In this document: positions 22,346 through 34,944 of the stretch, piece by piece
How the letters are laid out: every line of letters begins with the position of its first letter
Position numbering within the stretch: the stretch's first letter is position 1
NCBI GenBank assembly: GCA_051942205.1
Contig: JAVECO010000131.1
Span: forward strand, 1 to 64,000
Source: Coniocarpon cinnabarinum
Lineage: Eukaryota
Direction of reading: 5' to 3'
Length of the DNA: 64,000 bases
Made by a program: the position numbers and the translations under genes
Notes under the pieces: generated by a model
Seen by the model: only the letters and a program-made list of their open reading frames with translations
The model's database searches: none
Told to the model about the DNA's origin: nothing

Positions 22346-24233
22346 ATGGCGCATCCGCTCAGGCTGCGGCCGGCTACCCACAGCTTCTCAGCTTTTTCCA
22401 GATCCTTATCTCAAAGGACACACGCGACTTCTTCGCTATCGCTCTCCGCGGCCTCGTCTACTCGGGGCGCTTTTCGTCGACCTCGAATACAGCAGTCGTT
22501 TCGCCGAACATACGCAGATGGTCCGCCGCAAGCTAACCTTTCGCCTCCGCCCGTCAAAAAGAAACGCGCTGGGTTTTTCAGATGGACTTGGAGATTGACA
22601 TATCTGAGTTTCTTTGCGGGCTTAGGATACGTGGGCTATGGCATTTACACATCGCGACATCCAGCGGAGCAGCAAGAGCCTGATCCGAACAAAAAGACGC
22701 TGGTTGTACTGGGTGAGCCTTTTCTGATCTGCTCATTCCGACCTGAGAGCAATGCTGACACGATCTAGGTACTGGCTGGGGCTCTGTATCTCTACTGAAG
22801 AAGCTCGACACAGAGCATTACAATGTCATCGTCGTCTCACCACGCAACTACTTCCTCTTCACGCCGCTGCTCCCCTCCTGCACCACGGGCACCGTCGAAC
22901 ACCGCAGCATCATGGAGCCCATCCGCAACTTCCTCCGCCACAAAAAAGCCCACGTCACGTACTACGAAGCCGAAGCCACCAAGATCGACTACGCCAACAA
23001 AAAGGTATACATCAACGACGAGAGCCCCGTCAAGGGCGACACCTCCGCGACCGAAGTCAACTTCGATTACCTCGTTGTGGGCGTCGGCGCGGAAAACGCA
23101 ACTTTCGGCATCAAAGGCGTGCGTGAGCATTCGTGCTTTCTGAAAGAAGTCAATGATGCGCAGGCGATTCGCAAACGCATCATGGACTGCTGCGAGACGG
23201 CCGTGTTCAAAGACCAGTCCCAATCCGAGATTGAGCGGCTATTGCACATGGTCGTAGTCGGCGGCGGACCGACCGGCGTCGAGTTCGCCGGCGAACTCCA
23301 AGACTTCTTCAAAGACGACCTCATGAAATGGATGCCCGAGATCGGCCACAATTTCAAAGTCACCCTCATTGAAGCTCTCCCCACGGTGCTCCCTATGTTC
23401 TCCAAACAGCTCATCGACTACACGGAGAAGACCTTCCGCGAAGAGACCATCGACGTCAAGACGAAGACGATGGTCAAAGAAGTGACGGAGCGTCATATCG
23501 TCGCTGAACACACCCTCGCCGACGGCTCGAAAACCACGGAAACAATCCCCTACGGCCTCCTCGTCTGGGCGACTGGCAACGCCGTCAGGCCCGTCGTCAA
23601 AGATCTCATGTCCCAGCTGCCCGCCCAGAAAGACTCACGACGAGGCCTAGCAGTCAACGAATACCTCAACGTCAACGGCACCTCCAACGTCTGGGCCGTC
23701 GGCGACTGCGCCGTCGCCAATTACGCCCCCACGGCCCAAGTCGCTTCCCAAGAAGGCGCCTTCCTCGCCAAACTCTTCAACGGCATGGCGCGCGAGTCGC
23801 AGTACGAAGCCGAGCTTGTGCAACTGTCAGAACAGCAATCCACCGCTCAGAACGGGGAAGCGCGCGACAAACTCCTCACAGAGATTGGGACACTGCAGAA
23901 ACGACTGAAGCGCGCGAAGAGCATGGGTCCGTTTGAGTACTCGCATCAGGGTAGCCTCGCGTATATCGGGTCTGAAAAGGCGGTCGCGGATTTGAGCTGG
24001 TTGAGTGGGAATGTAGCGACGGGAGGCACATTGACGTATTTGTTTTGGAGAAGCGCGGTGAGTTTCATTCCGTTTCCCTCAAAACTCTGCACTTCGATCC
24101 TGGCTGGGTGTGATGAACGAGTGCTAATTTATGACAGTACGTGAGTATGTGCTTCAGCACACGGAACAAGATCCTAGTCATCATGGATTGGATCAAGGCG
24201 AAGATGTTTGGGCGGGACGTCTCGAGGGAGTGA
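22346..24233 (+). CDS. Mitochondrial alternative (type II) NADH:ubiquinone oxidoreductase, NDE/NDI family
   Basis: Arg/Ser-rich presequence and motifs LVVLGTGWG, SPRNYFLFTPLLPSCTTGTVEHRSIMEP and VVVGGGPTGVEFAGEL, ending FGRDVSRE. Introns 22713-22768 and 24058-24137. Confidence 0.95.
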
Positions 24234-24924
24234 TTCCATCACCCTTTGAATGAGCCTTTTTCCGGGGACGACTCGGCGTTGCAAGGTCAGATGTGCTTTT
24301 GCGGTAGCGAGATGGCTACTTTCTGGTCGAGCTGCGGAGCAGGAGGTCAAGTCGATTACACGTAGGGAGGCTGTGGTCGGTTCGTGCTCGCGTGGCTGAT
24401 TGCGCACGGTGTCGTTTTTACTTCTTTGTACATCCTGTTTGCAATCAACGGCCTTGCAACTACCCTATTCGCCTTCAGCATTGGCTGAAAGTCTGCTGGT
24501 GCTGCTGATGCTGACGCTAGAACTTGTCACTAGTGCGATTGGCAAGATCACAGCACAATGACTGACTGACATCTTGACAAGATACCCTGCAAGGGTGAAT
24601 GCCAGCTTCAGGAGAATATCACGTGACTCTTGGCGCGAGAGTCTCCGCTATGTAGGATATAGGCGTGGGGCGTTGATGCATCAGCACCAGCGCCCAAAGC
24701 ATAGTCGCATCAAAGACGCACAGAGACGAGATAAAGGCTGCTTGAGTGGTGTGACTTCGTTCAGTCGGATTGTGAAACCAAGAGTACCCAAGTTGCCCGT
24801 TTGAAATCTATCGATGTTCCCAGCGCCACGCTGAACGAGAAAGAACGCTGACACCAACTCTAGGATGCGCGAGATCGAGACGATCGCGACAAATGGCCAC
24901 AAAGCGATCGTAAAGCCGTCGACC

Positions 24925-26730
24925 TCAACTGGCGGACGATCCATCCCCTGTAGAAGGCCTGACCACACCACCCTGCGTGGTCCCAGCCTCGAAACTCACC
25001 CCCGTCTCCTCACTCGGGCCTTGCATCTCTTCTTCCTCCATCTCTTCGTTCTCATCTCGCCAGGTACGATCTCTAGTCCGTCCTCGATCCTCCAGATCCT
25101 CCGCCGAAAACGGGCGCTCCTCCCTCGTCGCTCCATCGGCATTCAAATCCAGCCCTTCGAGCACCTGCTCCAGACTTCCATTCACTTCATCCATGTGGCT
25201 GTTGACACCGTAAAGCGGTGGACTCTGAGGCCATTCCGCTTCACGCGCCCGATGCGCTTCCTGTCGAGCCCGCGTATTCATTTCTTCTATTTGCTGAGCG
25301 CTTAGAGGTGGCAGGCCGAACTCTTTGCTGTAGTCCGGTGGTGGACCCTGCGTCATGTCTTCGTACAAAGGCGGCTCTTCTTCGTCCCAACTGATGCCCA
25401 GACCCGCGCGTTCACTCACTTTGAGACCAAATTGACAGCGCAACACGCGCGCTTGGCCCGTGGGACCGTATTTATTAGGTTGTGTATTGTTCTGCCACTC
25501 TTCGGCTACAACGAGCTCGACGACGAGACTGTGCGTGATGCGAATCGTGCCGTTTTGGGTCTCAACGTCGCAGAGTGCGCGCGGCTTGAACTCGCCCTTG
25601 GGCGCGAGCACGATCGTGAATTCCGTCTCGAAGATGCCGTCACCGCTCAGGTCCTTTTTCCAGCCGTCGAACATTTCGTCCTTGGCGAGGACACGCTCTT
25701 CTTGCCAGTCACGTCCTTTGCCTTCACCACCCACTTTCGAAGCATGCTTGGAGCAGGCCGGCGCGATCGAGCGTTCGGTCTCTTCGAGCCGCCACGTGAG
25801 CTTGCGAAGCATCCAGCGTGTATGAATTTCTGGTCGTTTCGGAATGTCGCGGTTGACAACGTTGCGGAGACCGAACTGAGCTGTGAACCGTCCTATCGGG
25901 TGGATGACCGGGAACATCGAGAGATGTGCTTCGAGTTTGGTGGGAGGGAAGATGCGGAGGCTTTGCTTCTCTGGGGGTACGGCGAGGCTGCGGACGATCT
26001 TCAGTTCTTCATTGAGATACATCTCCTCGCCTGTGATAGATCGAGCTTTGGCGATTAGGAAATACTCTATCTGTGCAAGCTTGCCACGTGATGTCGCCGG
26101 CAGTCGGCCAGGTATTAAATGAGAGTATGGGAACACGTGCTGTCCCTTCTTGAGCGTCTTGTTCTCTGTGAGGAAATTCCACGTCTTGATGTCTGTGTCT
26201 TGCTGTATACATCTGGGGCAGTCCTTCTGCACTGGTCTCTTCTGTGAGGCCCTCGCGACGAGCCGCAACGTCATGGTCTCTAACACGATTTGAGGATCGG
26301 TGACAACCTTGACGCGAAGAATACCGGATAGCAATACGCCCGAGGAGGCGTCGGAAGGACCAAAGAATACAGACGGCGGCGATTCGCGGACGAGCTCCAG
26401 CGAGTCTCTAGGAATGGAATTAGCAGGCTTCAGACCGGGCGACGGAGAAGACCTCGACATCTCTCTCCGCTTGTCGCGGTCCTTGTCGTGGCTGTGACCG
26501 CGTATGGCAGCAAAGCCGCTGATGCTAGCACGCTTGATGTTTTCCATGGCGGCAGCCGGCGCAGGAGGGAGATGAGGACTGTCGGACCGTCTAGAGAATG
26601 CGTCTAAAGAATGTCGAGGAGATGCACGCGGCCGGTGCTGAGGTTCGCGAGAGGCGCGACGGGAAGAAGTGGCGGAAGAAGAAGAAGGACTCCGCGAACG
26701 AGTCAGGCCGCCTAGGAGACGGCCAGGCAT
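24925..26730 (-). CDS. LDB19: Arrestin-related trafficking adaptor, LDB19/ART1-like
   Basis: ESPPSVFFG, FPYSHLIPGRLPAT, SLRIFPPT, GQARVLR and GLGISWDEEEPPLYED, plus further PY-type motifs (PPPDY, PPLY) for Rsp5 binding. Start taken at ATG 26730. Confidence 0.85.
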   Translation of the reverse strand: MPGRLLGGLTRSRSPSSSSATSSRRASREPQHRPRASPRHSLDAFSRRSDSPHLPPAPAAAMENIKRASISGFAAIRGHSHDKDRDKRREMSRSSPSPGLKPANSIPRDSLELVRESPPSVFFGPSDASSGVLLSGILRVKVVTDPQIVLETMTLRLVARASQKRPVQKDCPRCIQQDTDIKTWNFLTENKTLKKGQHVFPYSHLIPGRLPATSRGKLAQIEYFLIAKARSITGEEMYLNEELKIVRSLAVPPEKQSLRIFPPTKLEAHLSMFPVIHPIGRFTAQFGLRNVVNRDIPKRPEIHTRWMLRKLTWRLEETERSIAPACSKHASKVGGEGKGRDWQEERVLAKDEMFDGWKKDLSGDGIFETEFTIVLAPKGEFKPRALCDVETQNGTIRITHSLVVELVVAEEWQNNTQPNKYGPTGQARVLRCQFGLKVSERAGLGISWDEEEPPLYEDMTQGPPPDYSKEFGLPPLSAQQIEEMNTRARQEAHRAREAEWPQSPPLYGVNSHMDEVNGSLEQVLEGLDLNADGATREERPFSAEDLEDRGRTRDRTWRDENEEMEEEEMQGPSEETGVSFEAGTTQGGVVRPSTGDGSSAS

Positions 26731-27714
26731 TTTGAGAGTGGAAAGTGCAGGCGCGAAGGGTGGTAGCGGTGGTGGTGGTGGGGCGTGGCGGCGGAGACGA
26801 GAAGAATCTTGTACGCAATCGAAACTGAGCCCAAGCAAACTTCCGACCAGATTGCCTAATCAGCCTAGGCTGCGACCTGGGACCTGCTGGAGTCCCACCA
26901 CACGGCGCACGCGCTGAGCAGTGTCGTCTTGCGCACGCAGGCCAAGCGAGAAAGGGTGGATATGGCCCATTTGGAGCAAGATGAGAAACTAGTGACGAAC
27001 TTTTTTTATGTGCTGGGCCGCCAGCGTTCAGCTGACACCCGATCCCGTTCGCGTCAGAGGGCACGTGGTTGGCGTGTTTGCTAGTCATTCTGACGCCTAA
27101 AAGGAACCAGCCAGGCAGTGCAAAGCAAAGACGACGACGTTGGAGACAGGAATGGGAGCATATGCTGGTCCGAATGAGATGCATGCAAGACATGCATACA
27201 AGATGCAGACGCGTGACGCCTGCACTCGATTTGGTGTGCAGGAAGCAGCAGCTTGAAGCATGTGACCTGACTTTGGCGACCTCATCTGTACCCCGGATTT
27301 CCGGTGCAGTAGCTCGCTCCTCTCTTCCCGCTCCTATACTTTCCTATACGCAGTACCAGCTATCATCTCGGCCATGCACACCAGCTCGTGTCCTATCCTC
27401 TCCATGCTTCTTTGAGCATCAAAAGACAAGGTGCTTCAAAGGAGGCATGCAGCCTAGCCAGTGTCCATCTGCAGCCGCAACGTGCTGTCAACCACTCAGA
27501 CTGCCGCGTCAGACTGCACCAGATTGATGCCATATTGTTCAAAGTGTCACCAGAATGGCGCCATCTCTTGTAGCCCACACTCATGCTCAGCCACTCACTG
27601 TACTGCAGAGCAATCAGGCCCCCCTCGCTCTGCTCCTGCCCTTCTCGGCACTTCTTGTGCGTAAACTGATACAAGCGGCCGGCTTTGAACATGATACTTC
27701 ACAAGCACTTCAAA

Positions 27715-30332
27715 TCAGAATCGGAGTCTCTCAAAAGTGTACGGCCCCAGTCTTCCTCTCATCTGCTGGCTGATGTCTCTTGCGCTGCGCTTCTTCACTT
27801 CGCCTCCTTGCGCAACCCGCGTAGATGATATCCTTTCGACCGACTTGGTCCCAATGGGCAGGGCCGCAGGCTCGACCAAGTTTCCCATGTATTGCGCAGA
27901 AGTCTGTGCGTTCTTTCGCCGCTTAGCGGAAAAGTCGGACCGCGTGGAATCGTTCATGACGCGCTCATAATGCAGGAAATCCCTCAGGAAGCCATCGAAA
28001 AACGAAGATTCCTGCACACCCTCGAGGACTGTTGAGGCTTCCTGTCTGAGCGACGCGGCAAAAGACTCCAGACCTCCGCGCTCCGCCATCACAGTATTCT
28101 GAAGCAGTGCGCCAGCACCCAGGGCGTCCACTGCACAACACAACAATCGACAGATGGCGCTAATTGCATAGCTTTGTTCATCGTCGGCATGTTCATCCTG
28201 GTCAGGCTCAAAAGCGTGGGAGATCCAACCACCTCGTCTCAGCTCCAAGCGCAATATGTCAATCATGGACACCAGCCCTTGGGGCGACATGACGCGTTTC
28301 AGTGACTGGCTTACTTGACCAGGATGGAAGCATGTTGCCAATTTTTCGAAGCTGGTCTGAATTGCGTTTGTACGCACAGACGCTCCACTTTCAAGAAGTT
28401 CTGAAGCCAAGTCGATCTCTCTCGCGGCGTCATCCTCCTCGATTTGCAGTGCATGTTCCAAATCGCCGTTGACCAAATTTGTGACATCTGTCAGTAAGCG
28501 CGTGTCGGAACGCGAGTGCCTAGGCTCGAAGCTGTGCAGTAGTTCATTGAGCGCGCATATCAACATCGGCAAGCCAATGGTGGGACACTCGAATATCAAT
28601 TCAGATATCAACATCAAGGTGGGATCATACCGCGAAAGTGCTTGGACAATATCCTCAACTTCAATGGCAGGCCTCATATGACTGTCACCAGACTTTGTTC
28701 GTAATGCCTGTCGTATCCATTCTGGCGTGATGTAGCCTCCCTTGACGAGAGCAGAGAACTCTTCATGTGAAACTTTGCCAATGCTCAATCTATGTCTGGA
28801 CTGCTTTTGACTGGTCAAACGTTCTTCAATCACGTCGAAAGTCTTGGCCAGCAGGTGAAGTAAGCGGTCTGATGCTTTGTTCTGATCTCGCTTGCCAGAC
28901 TTATCTACTCTTCCAAGTGCATCAGCCAGCCGACTCGTTCTTAGACGTCTCTTCGTGGTTTCCACCGCGCTTGAAGAGAGATCGAAAAGTGCTATATGAT
29001 TGTTACTTATACCTACGACGAGAGATGGCTTGGCAAAATAATGGAGGGACGCCACAGGTGTAGCACCAAATGCCATCTCACTGCGCTTGCGCTTTCGGCT
29101 GAGGTCTTGCATGTTTTCTGGCCGGACTCGGAGTTGAGCTTGAACTGAATGAAACCTCGTGTCCATTACAAGACAGCGTTTTGCAGTGGCGATGAAGCAG
29201 GAAGAATTGCTGATCATTGCGCAGGAGTTGACTGCTTCTTCCTGAAAGCAATGCTCGAAAAACAGGGACGGTTGCTGCGTACGCACTACATCCCACACAC
29301 TTATCGCGTTGCTGTTCAACCTCAAGAGTTGACCACGTTTGGCATCGAAGCGATATTGAGATGATTCTTGCTCAGCAGATGGAAGTGCGGATGGCAGTCT
29401 CGCGGATGTAATCTCTTCGACCTTGACTCGCTTATTTGGCGCATTTTCAGGCGGGCAAATGGCATAAATCTGCAAGCGATCTTTCTGAGTTTCATCCCCA
29501 GGAGGATTTGATCCACCTGTGACAAATCCGACCAGATATATTTGATCGATGTTGCGAATAGATGCTGCTTGTGATGAACCGGGTTGACTAAAAAGGTGAG
29601 GTTGGAGGTTGGTGAGCAACTTCCGAAATTGAGAACCGTTGCCAGCAAATGAAGCGCGAACACTCAATTTTCCTGTGGTCTGCGCCTCTTCAAGGCGTGT
29701 ACCATCGTGGATTAAAGCCGAATCCCAGTTATGAGCTTCACGATCGCCCACCAGGCTCCTGACGCGCCCGCTTTTCTGAATGACGATGAGATGGTGTACA
29801 GCGCTTTGTGAGGAAGATGCGGCTATCGCAACTGGCTCAATGCTAACCACAGGATCGTCTGTCGAGCCTACCTCAAGGGTTTGTTCCTCTGTAGTAACAT
29901 CTGGGGGAGAAAGTTGACCACTACGGCGATATTCTTGCTTGAAGCACTTGATATAGTGTGCTTGATTGGAAGCAATATCACACATCGCCGCGTACGCGTA
30001 AGTCGTTTTCGAGCTCGGGCTGCCATCTGAAAGTGTAACAGCGCATGGGGGTGCAACTAGCCTGGACTGGGGACGTAAAGGATAGCTCTCGACCAGCTTT
30101 GAAGATTTGATCTGGTCTATGTAAGCATTGGCGAGCTCAGTGGCCACTCAGCACCTACGCTGTATAAATTCAAGCTTGATCCATCAACGCCGACCACCAA
30201 CTCTTGCCTTAAACGCTTCCTCGTTCGGGAAAATGAATATGAGGAGCCAACCCAGGTCTGCCCTAGAACTTCGTTGAGAGGCTTCGGCACCTGTCCAAAG
30301 AGAGCCGGCTCCTCAAGTCTAATCGCATTCAT
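27715..30332 (-). CDS. UTP8: U3 snoRNA-associated protein Utp8-like (beta-propeller plus helical domain)
   Basis: Exon 30332-30159, 47-nt intron 30158-30112, exon 30111-27715. ELVVGVDGSSLNLYS|IKSSKLVESYPLRPQ and the C-terminal GPYTFERLRF resemble Pezizomycotina Utp8. Confidence 0.7.
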
Positions 30333-30479
30333 CGCGGTCGACTCGAGGATTTGCAACGGAAGATGTGCCGTGAGGTTGAAAGCTACCTAAGTGGTCATTG
30401 AAGAGCTGTTTTTCCTAGCTAGTGAGATATCCATTCCAATGACGGATCTCGGAGTTTAGATTGTATCTCATCATCTCTT

Positions 30480-30502
30480 ACGCGTCACTGTGCGCGTCGC
30501 GT
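30480..30502. promoter_or_regulatory. MCB (MluI cell-cycle box) cluster in the UTP8/ELG1 divergent promoter
   Basis: ACGCGT at 30480-30485 followed by GCGCGTCGCGT, about 100 bp upstream of the ELG1 ATG. Confidence 0.6.
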
Positions 30503-30593
30503 GTTCGTGCAAGGAAAGTCCGATCGGTTCTTATGGAAGATGCTGAATTGGAAGCGCGACAAGTCAGAAGAACGAAATGCCGCTCCAGCGTAG

Positions 30594-33500
30594 ATGGCGG
30601 TCATAGCACTTCCGCCAATTATGACCGCTAGCGATCAAACCTCTGTTCATCCATTCTTTTCAAGAGTCCACTCCGAGGATGAAACGCAACCAGTACGATC
30701 CTCTGATCTTAAAGGTCAGTCTCGAAGTCCAGAGCTCTCTTGCCCCCGCGCATCATCTCTATTGACAATTGATCGGCCATGCGACCCATTGTTTTCGAGA
30801 AGCTTACGACATATACAGGTCCCAAAAGAAAAAGAGGGAGACCAAAGAAAACCCATGAAAAGCCTGGCGTCGGCACCCATCCTAATGGTCAAGCAGAAAG
30901 CGTCGCAGATGCACATGAGCATGCTAGCAGGCAGAGCAATGGCGCGCAAAGTGGACAGCCTTCTAAATCGATCTCTTTTGCGGATCTTCGCCAGGAAATG
31001 CGGCCTTGGACAAAAATCGAAGATCCGGAGGAAACCGAGGATCAATCTAACGACGAAAGGGTTCGACATTCAACAAGTCCGTCTATATATCCTGCCTCAC
31101 AAGAATCTCGAACTCCAATTCAGTTAGATGGATCCCAAGAACTCGATAAGAGAGATCAAGTTGCTCAACCGGGCAGAGGCTCAGGTGATCGAAAGCGGGT
31201 GCTTCGCCTGAACGGCAAGGGTGGGCTTGGAACCCCACGAAAGGCCCGTCGCCTTACTAGGGACAAAAACAATGTCAAACAAGACCTCGAATCCATTGCC
31301 GAGACCGCCGGTGGTTCCCGGAGTAAATTTGTTGTGCTGCGATATGGAATGCACGATGAGGGCGGCAGGCTTAGTCTGGGAGCAAAGATCAACGAAATAC
31401 AATACTCTGCAGAGAAGACGCGCCAGCAAGGAGTTGCAAATCAAGTTCCAGCCCAGACTCAAGCTGTGAATCCCTTGAAACCGATACATCCATTTTTCTC
31501 TACAAAATCAAGCGGGCAAGGTCCATCCACTGAGGGCACCATGACTAAACAAGGTGAGACTGAACAGAAGGCTGCCTCTGATCAGACTTTTAAGAAAACA
31601 TTCACTACTCCAGTCAAGCCCAAACCCCAAATCGCGCCAACCTTTGATTCCAAAAACCCTGCAATGCACCTTGGCCACGATCATCGCGTCCAGCAACCAA
31701 AAAGGAGAAATCTCGGCGCCCCTCTGCCTTGGAAAAGAATGAATCATATAAATTCAACGCCTGCTTTAACATTCGATCTGAGACAGTCAGGACATCAACT
31801 TCCTCGAGCTTTGAAAAGAAAGCGACCAGTATCTGGGGAGGATGAGTTACATGTCTCGGGCGTGCTAAACAGTGATGGAACTTTCAGAAAAAAACGTCGT
31901 ATCCACCCATCGAGCCAGCATCTATTGGCACATGCGCCAAGCCGCTCAGTACAGACAAGCGAGAGTTTGCGGGCAAATCTGCTGGAAAACCTAGCATCAT
32001 TTCCACCTGGTAAACAGCCAGAGCACGTCATCGAGTCTGCTTCGGTCCCAAAACATCTAGCTTTGGAGACGCTATTAGGAAGTATTGGGAAGCATAGTCA
32101 TGCTTTTGAACGCGGTGTTTGTGAGGACCGTGTTTGGCTGTCCAAGTACGCGCCTCAGAAAGCTGGGGCTGTATTGCAACCGCCTGGTGAGATGAACCTC
32201 CTCAAAAATTGGCTCATGAGCCTTAAGGTGGATTCTGTCGAAACGCGATTCCGCGATGCACCTTTGCCGCGCTCCGACTCCCGTTCGCTATCTAAAGACA
32301 CGCATTTGACAAAAAGGAAGAGAAGAAAGAAAGACCACGATCTTGATGAATTCCTTGTTGCTAGCGATGAGGAAGCAGATGAAATGCGCACACTAGACGA
32401 CGAGACTGAGGCAGGCACACAGTCTCGTTCTCTTGTTCGGACTGGCGATGCCACGAACGATCCTAAGACACCTCGTAAAGTCCTGAACGCTATTCTTGTG
32501 AGCGGTCCACCTGGTTGTGGTAAAACAGCAGCCGCTTATGCTGCAGCGAAAGAAGTGGGGTTCAATGTGTTCGAGATCAATTCAGCAATGAGAAGGAGTG
32601 GAAAGGATATTCTGGAGAGAGTAGGAGACATGTCCATGAATCACCAAGTCAAGTCTTCGAATGTTCAGCAAAACGCAGAGGCACCTGAAGAAAATCCTCT
32701 GCCTCAGGAAGCAGAGGCTGGTCAAAATACATTGAACTCGTTTCTCTCTGCTCGGCCCGCGAAGAAAAAGAAAGAAAGTCCAAAGAAGACCTCGGATAAA
32801 ACCAAACATAGTTCTGCAGTCACGAAGAAGCAGCCTCGCCCACAAAGGCAATCCCTCATTCTTCTGGAAGAAGTAGACGTGCTTTTTGAAGATGACAAAC
32901 AGTTTTGGGAAACTATGATTGAGCTTGGCAAAAATTCTCGAAGGCCGATCATAATGACTTGCAACGATGAAACAACAGTACCATTAGACACACTGCCAGT
33001 ACAAGCAGTCCTCAGGTTCCAGCCGCCACCTCAAGGTTTGGCAGTCCCCTACTTATGCATGATTGCAGCGGCTGAAGGCCATTTGATTCAAGCAGAAGAT
33101 GCAGGCTACCTGTATGAGAGCACTGGTCGCGATCTTCGGTCCTCAATTATGCAGCTCAACTTTTGGTGTCAGATGGCTGTAGGCTCAGAGAAAGGCGGTT
33201 TAGATTGGTATCAACGACACCGAAAGCGCGCTCAGGACGCTCTTTATAAACAGCATATGCATGTGGTGAGTGACGGTACCTATGCAAGCCATCTTAGCAG
33301 ACCTAAGGTAGCAATGTCCAACGATATTAAGGAGGACATGGCGATGAGACTGTGGACACAATGGGGACTGGACCCCAGTGACCAAGCTGAAGCCATTCTC
33401 GACCAAGCATGGATGCTTCCTCACACTGCCGGCAATGATAACGCTGTCAAACTAACCACCCAGCTGACTTCCATCGACTGTGCACTCGAAGCTTTGTCAT

Positions 33501-34243
33501 TGAGTGATATCTTCCCCAAAATCGACTTTCCAACATGCTCTAGCAATGTCATTGATCCTTCAGCACCTGTTAATCGGCCTGAAGCTTGTACTGACTATAC
33601 TGTCAGCGCATCTGTCCTGATTGCAGACGAGGAACGTGATCATTCCTCGCTAAGTACTCGTCTTTACACTGCGATATCAGGACACGCTTGTGATGCTCTC
33701 AGCAGAACACTTGGCTGCGTCAGGGACAGGGATGAGCATCAAATTTTGGGTCGAGGTGAAACTCCTGCACTAGGCCTTGCAAAACGCAGCAACGTCTTAG
33801 AAAGTCGACTGCGATCAACTGAGGTCTTCGCCGCCCTCGAGCCATTAGTTGAAGGTCCAATTGACCTCCTCAAGCCTGATGCAAGCCAAGTAGTCGATAT
33901 CAGCCCATATGTTCGCTCCATCGTGGCCTATGATCTCGCCTTGGAACAACATCGAGCTGCCCTGGCCAGAATCGAAAGTGGCAGCGCAAACGGCGATCAA
34001 AGCACGAAACTCCGGAAGACTCGAGCAAGTCGATCTGCTGTAGAAGGCAGTCAACGGGAGAATACACGTCGAGATAGATACTTCACAGAAGGCATTGATT
34101 ACGCAGCTGTAATGTCGAGCGGTGGAGCTGATTGGCCACGTGAGGAGGCAAATATCGTGCATGACAATTACGAGATAGATGCAGTGCGACGCGATGATGA
34201 TGGCGGAACGCAGTTCTTGTTGAGTCAATCCTCGGCAGAATGA
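30594..34243 (+). CDS. ELG1: Elg1/ATAD5 RFC-like PCNA unloader large subunit (AAA+)
   Basis: Walker A GPPGCGKT, FEINSAMRRSGKDILE, LILLEEVDVLFEDDKQFW and SRRPIIMTCNDE. Exon 1 is 30594-30714, followed by a phase-1 intron 30715-30818. Confidence 0.9.
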
Positions 34244-34944
34244 TTTGTGAGGTGTAGAGGTCTTGAAGTTTCGTTACCCACGCGCATATTATTGCGGAAT
34301 CTGAACATTACTATGATAGACTATGATATAGACAAATACTTAAAACCATATCGCTTATCAGCTAGACATAATACTCCACCTGGACGTCTAGAGCCATATC
34401 AAGGTAGTCAGCATTGCTGGCATTGCTATTGCTGGCATTGCTCTTTGCTTCAGAGCTGTCTTCTTCGCGTGCTCTTCATCGCTAAGCAAGATCTTTCGTA
34501 GCGATTGGCTCCCGATAAAACATACTTTCTCTGCAGCTGATGTTCATACAACGCAGTATTGAAGCATTGTCGCGGGAGTTGTGACCAGTGGCCCAGAATG
34601 GCACCACAGTCATGTCAAAGTCTGAGGTTTGGCGCACTGATAGGCCCGTAAACCGGGACTGGGATAGCAATAACGGCCTTCTCTGGAATAACAATATAGG
34701 AGCGCAACCTCGCACTATATACGGCTAGTATCGCTAAGGTTTTCTGAGCATTCTGATACGAAATTTGATATCGTTGCTTATGGACGATCGTTCTAGGGGA
34801 TCCTTGACTGCTGCTCGGTAGAGCTGCGACCCTGCCGAAATGATTCCCTTACATGTGAACGCCAAGATTTTCTATGCGCCGTATGGATTCATTTTCGCAT
34901 AGTCGCCGAGGCCTTGTGACGGTAGTTTGACGGCCGGTAAAGCA

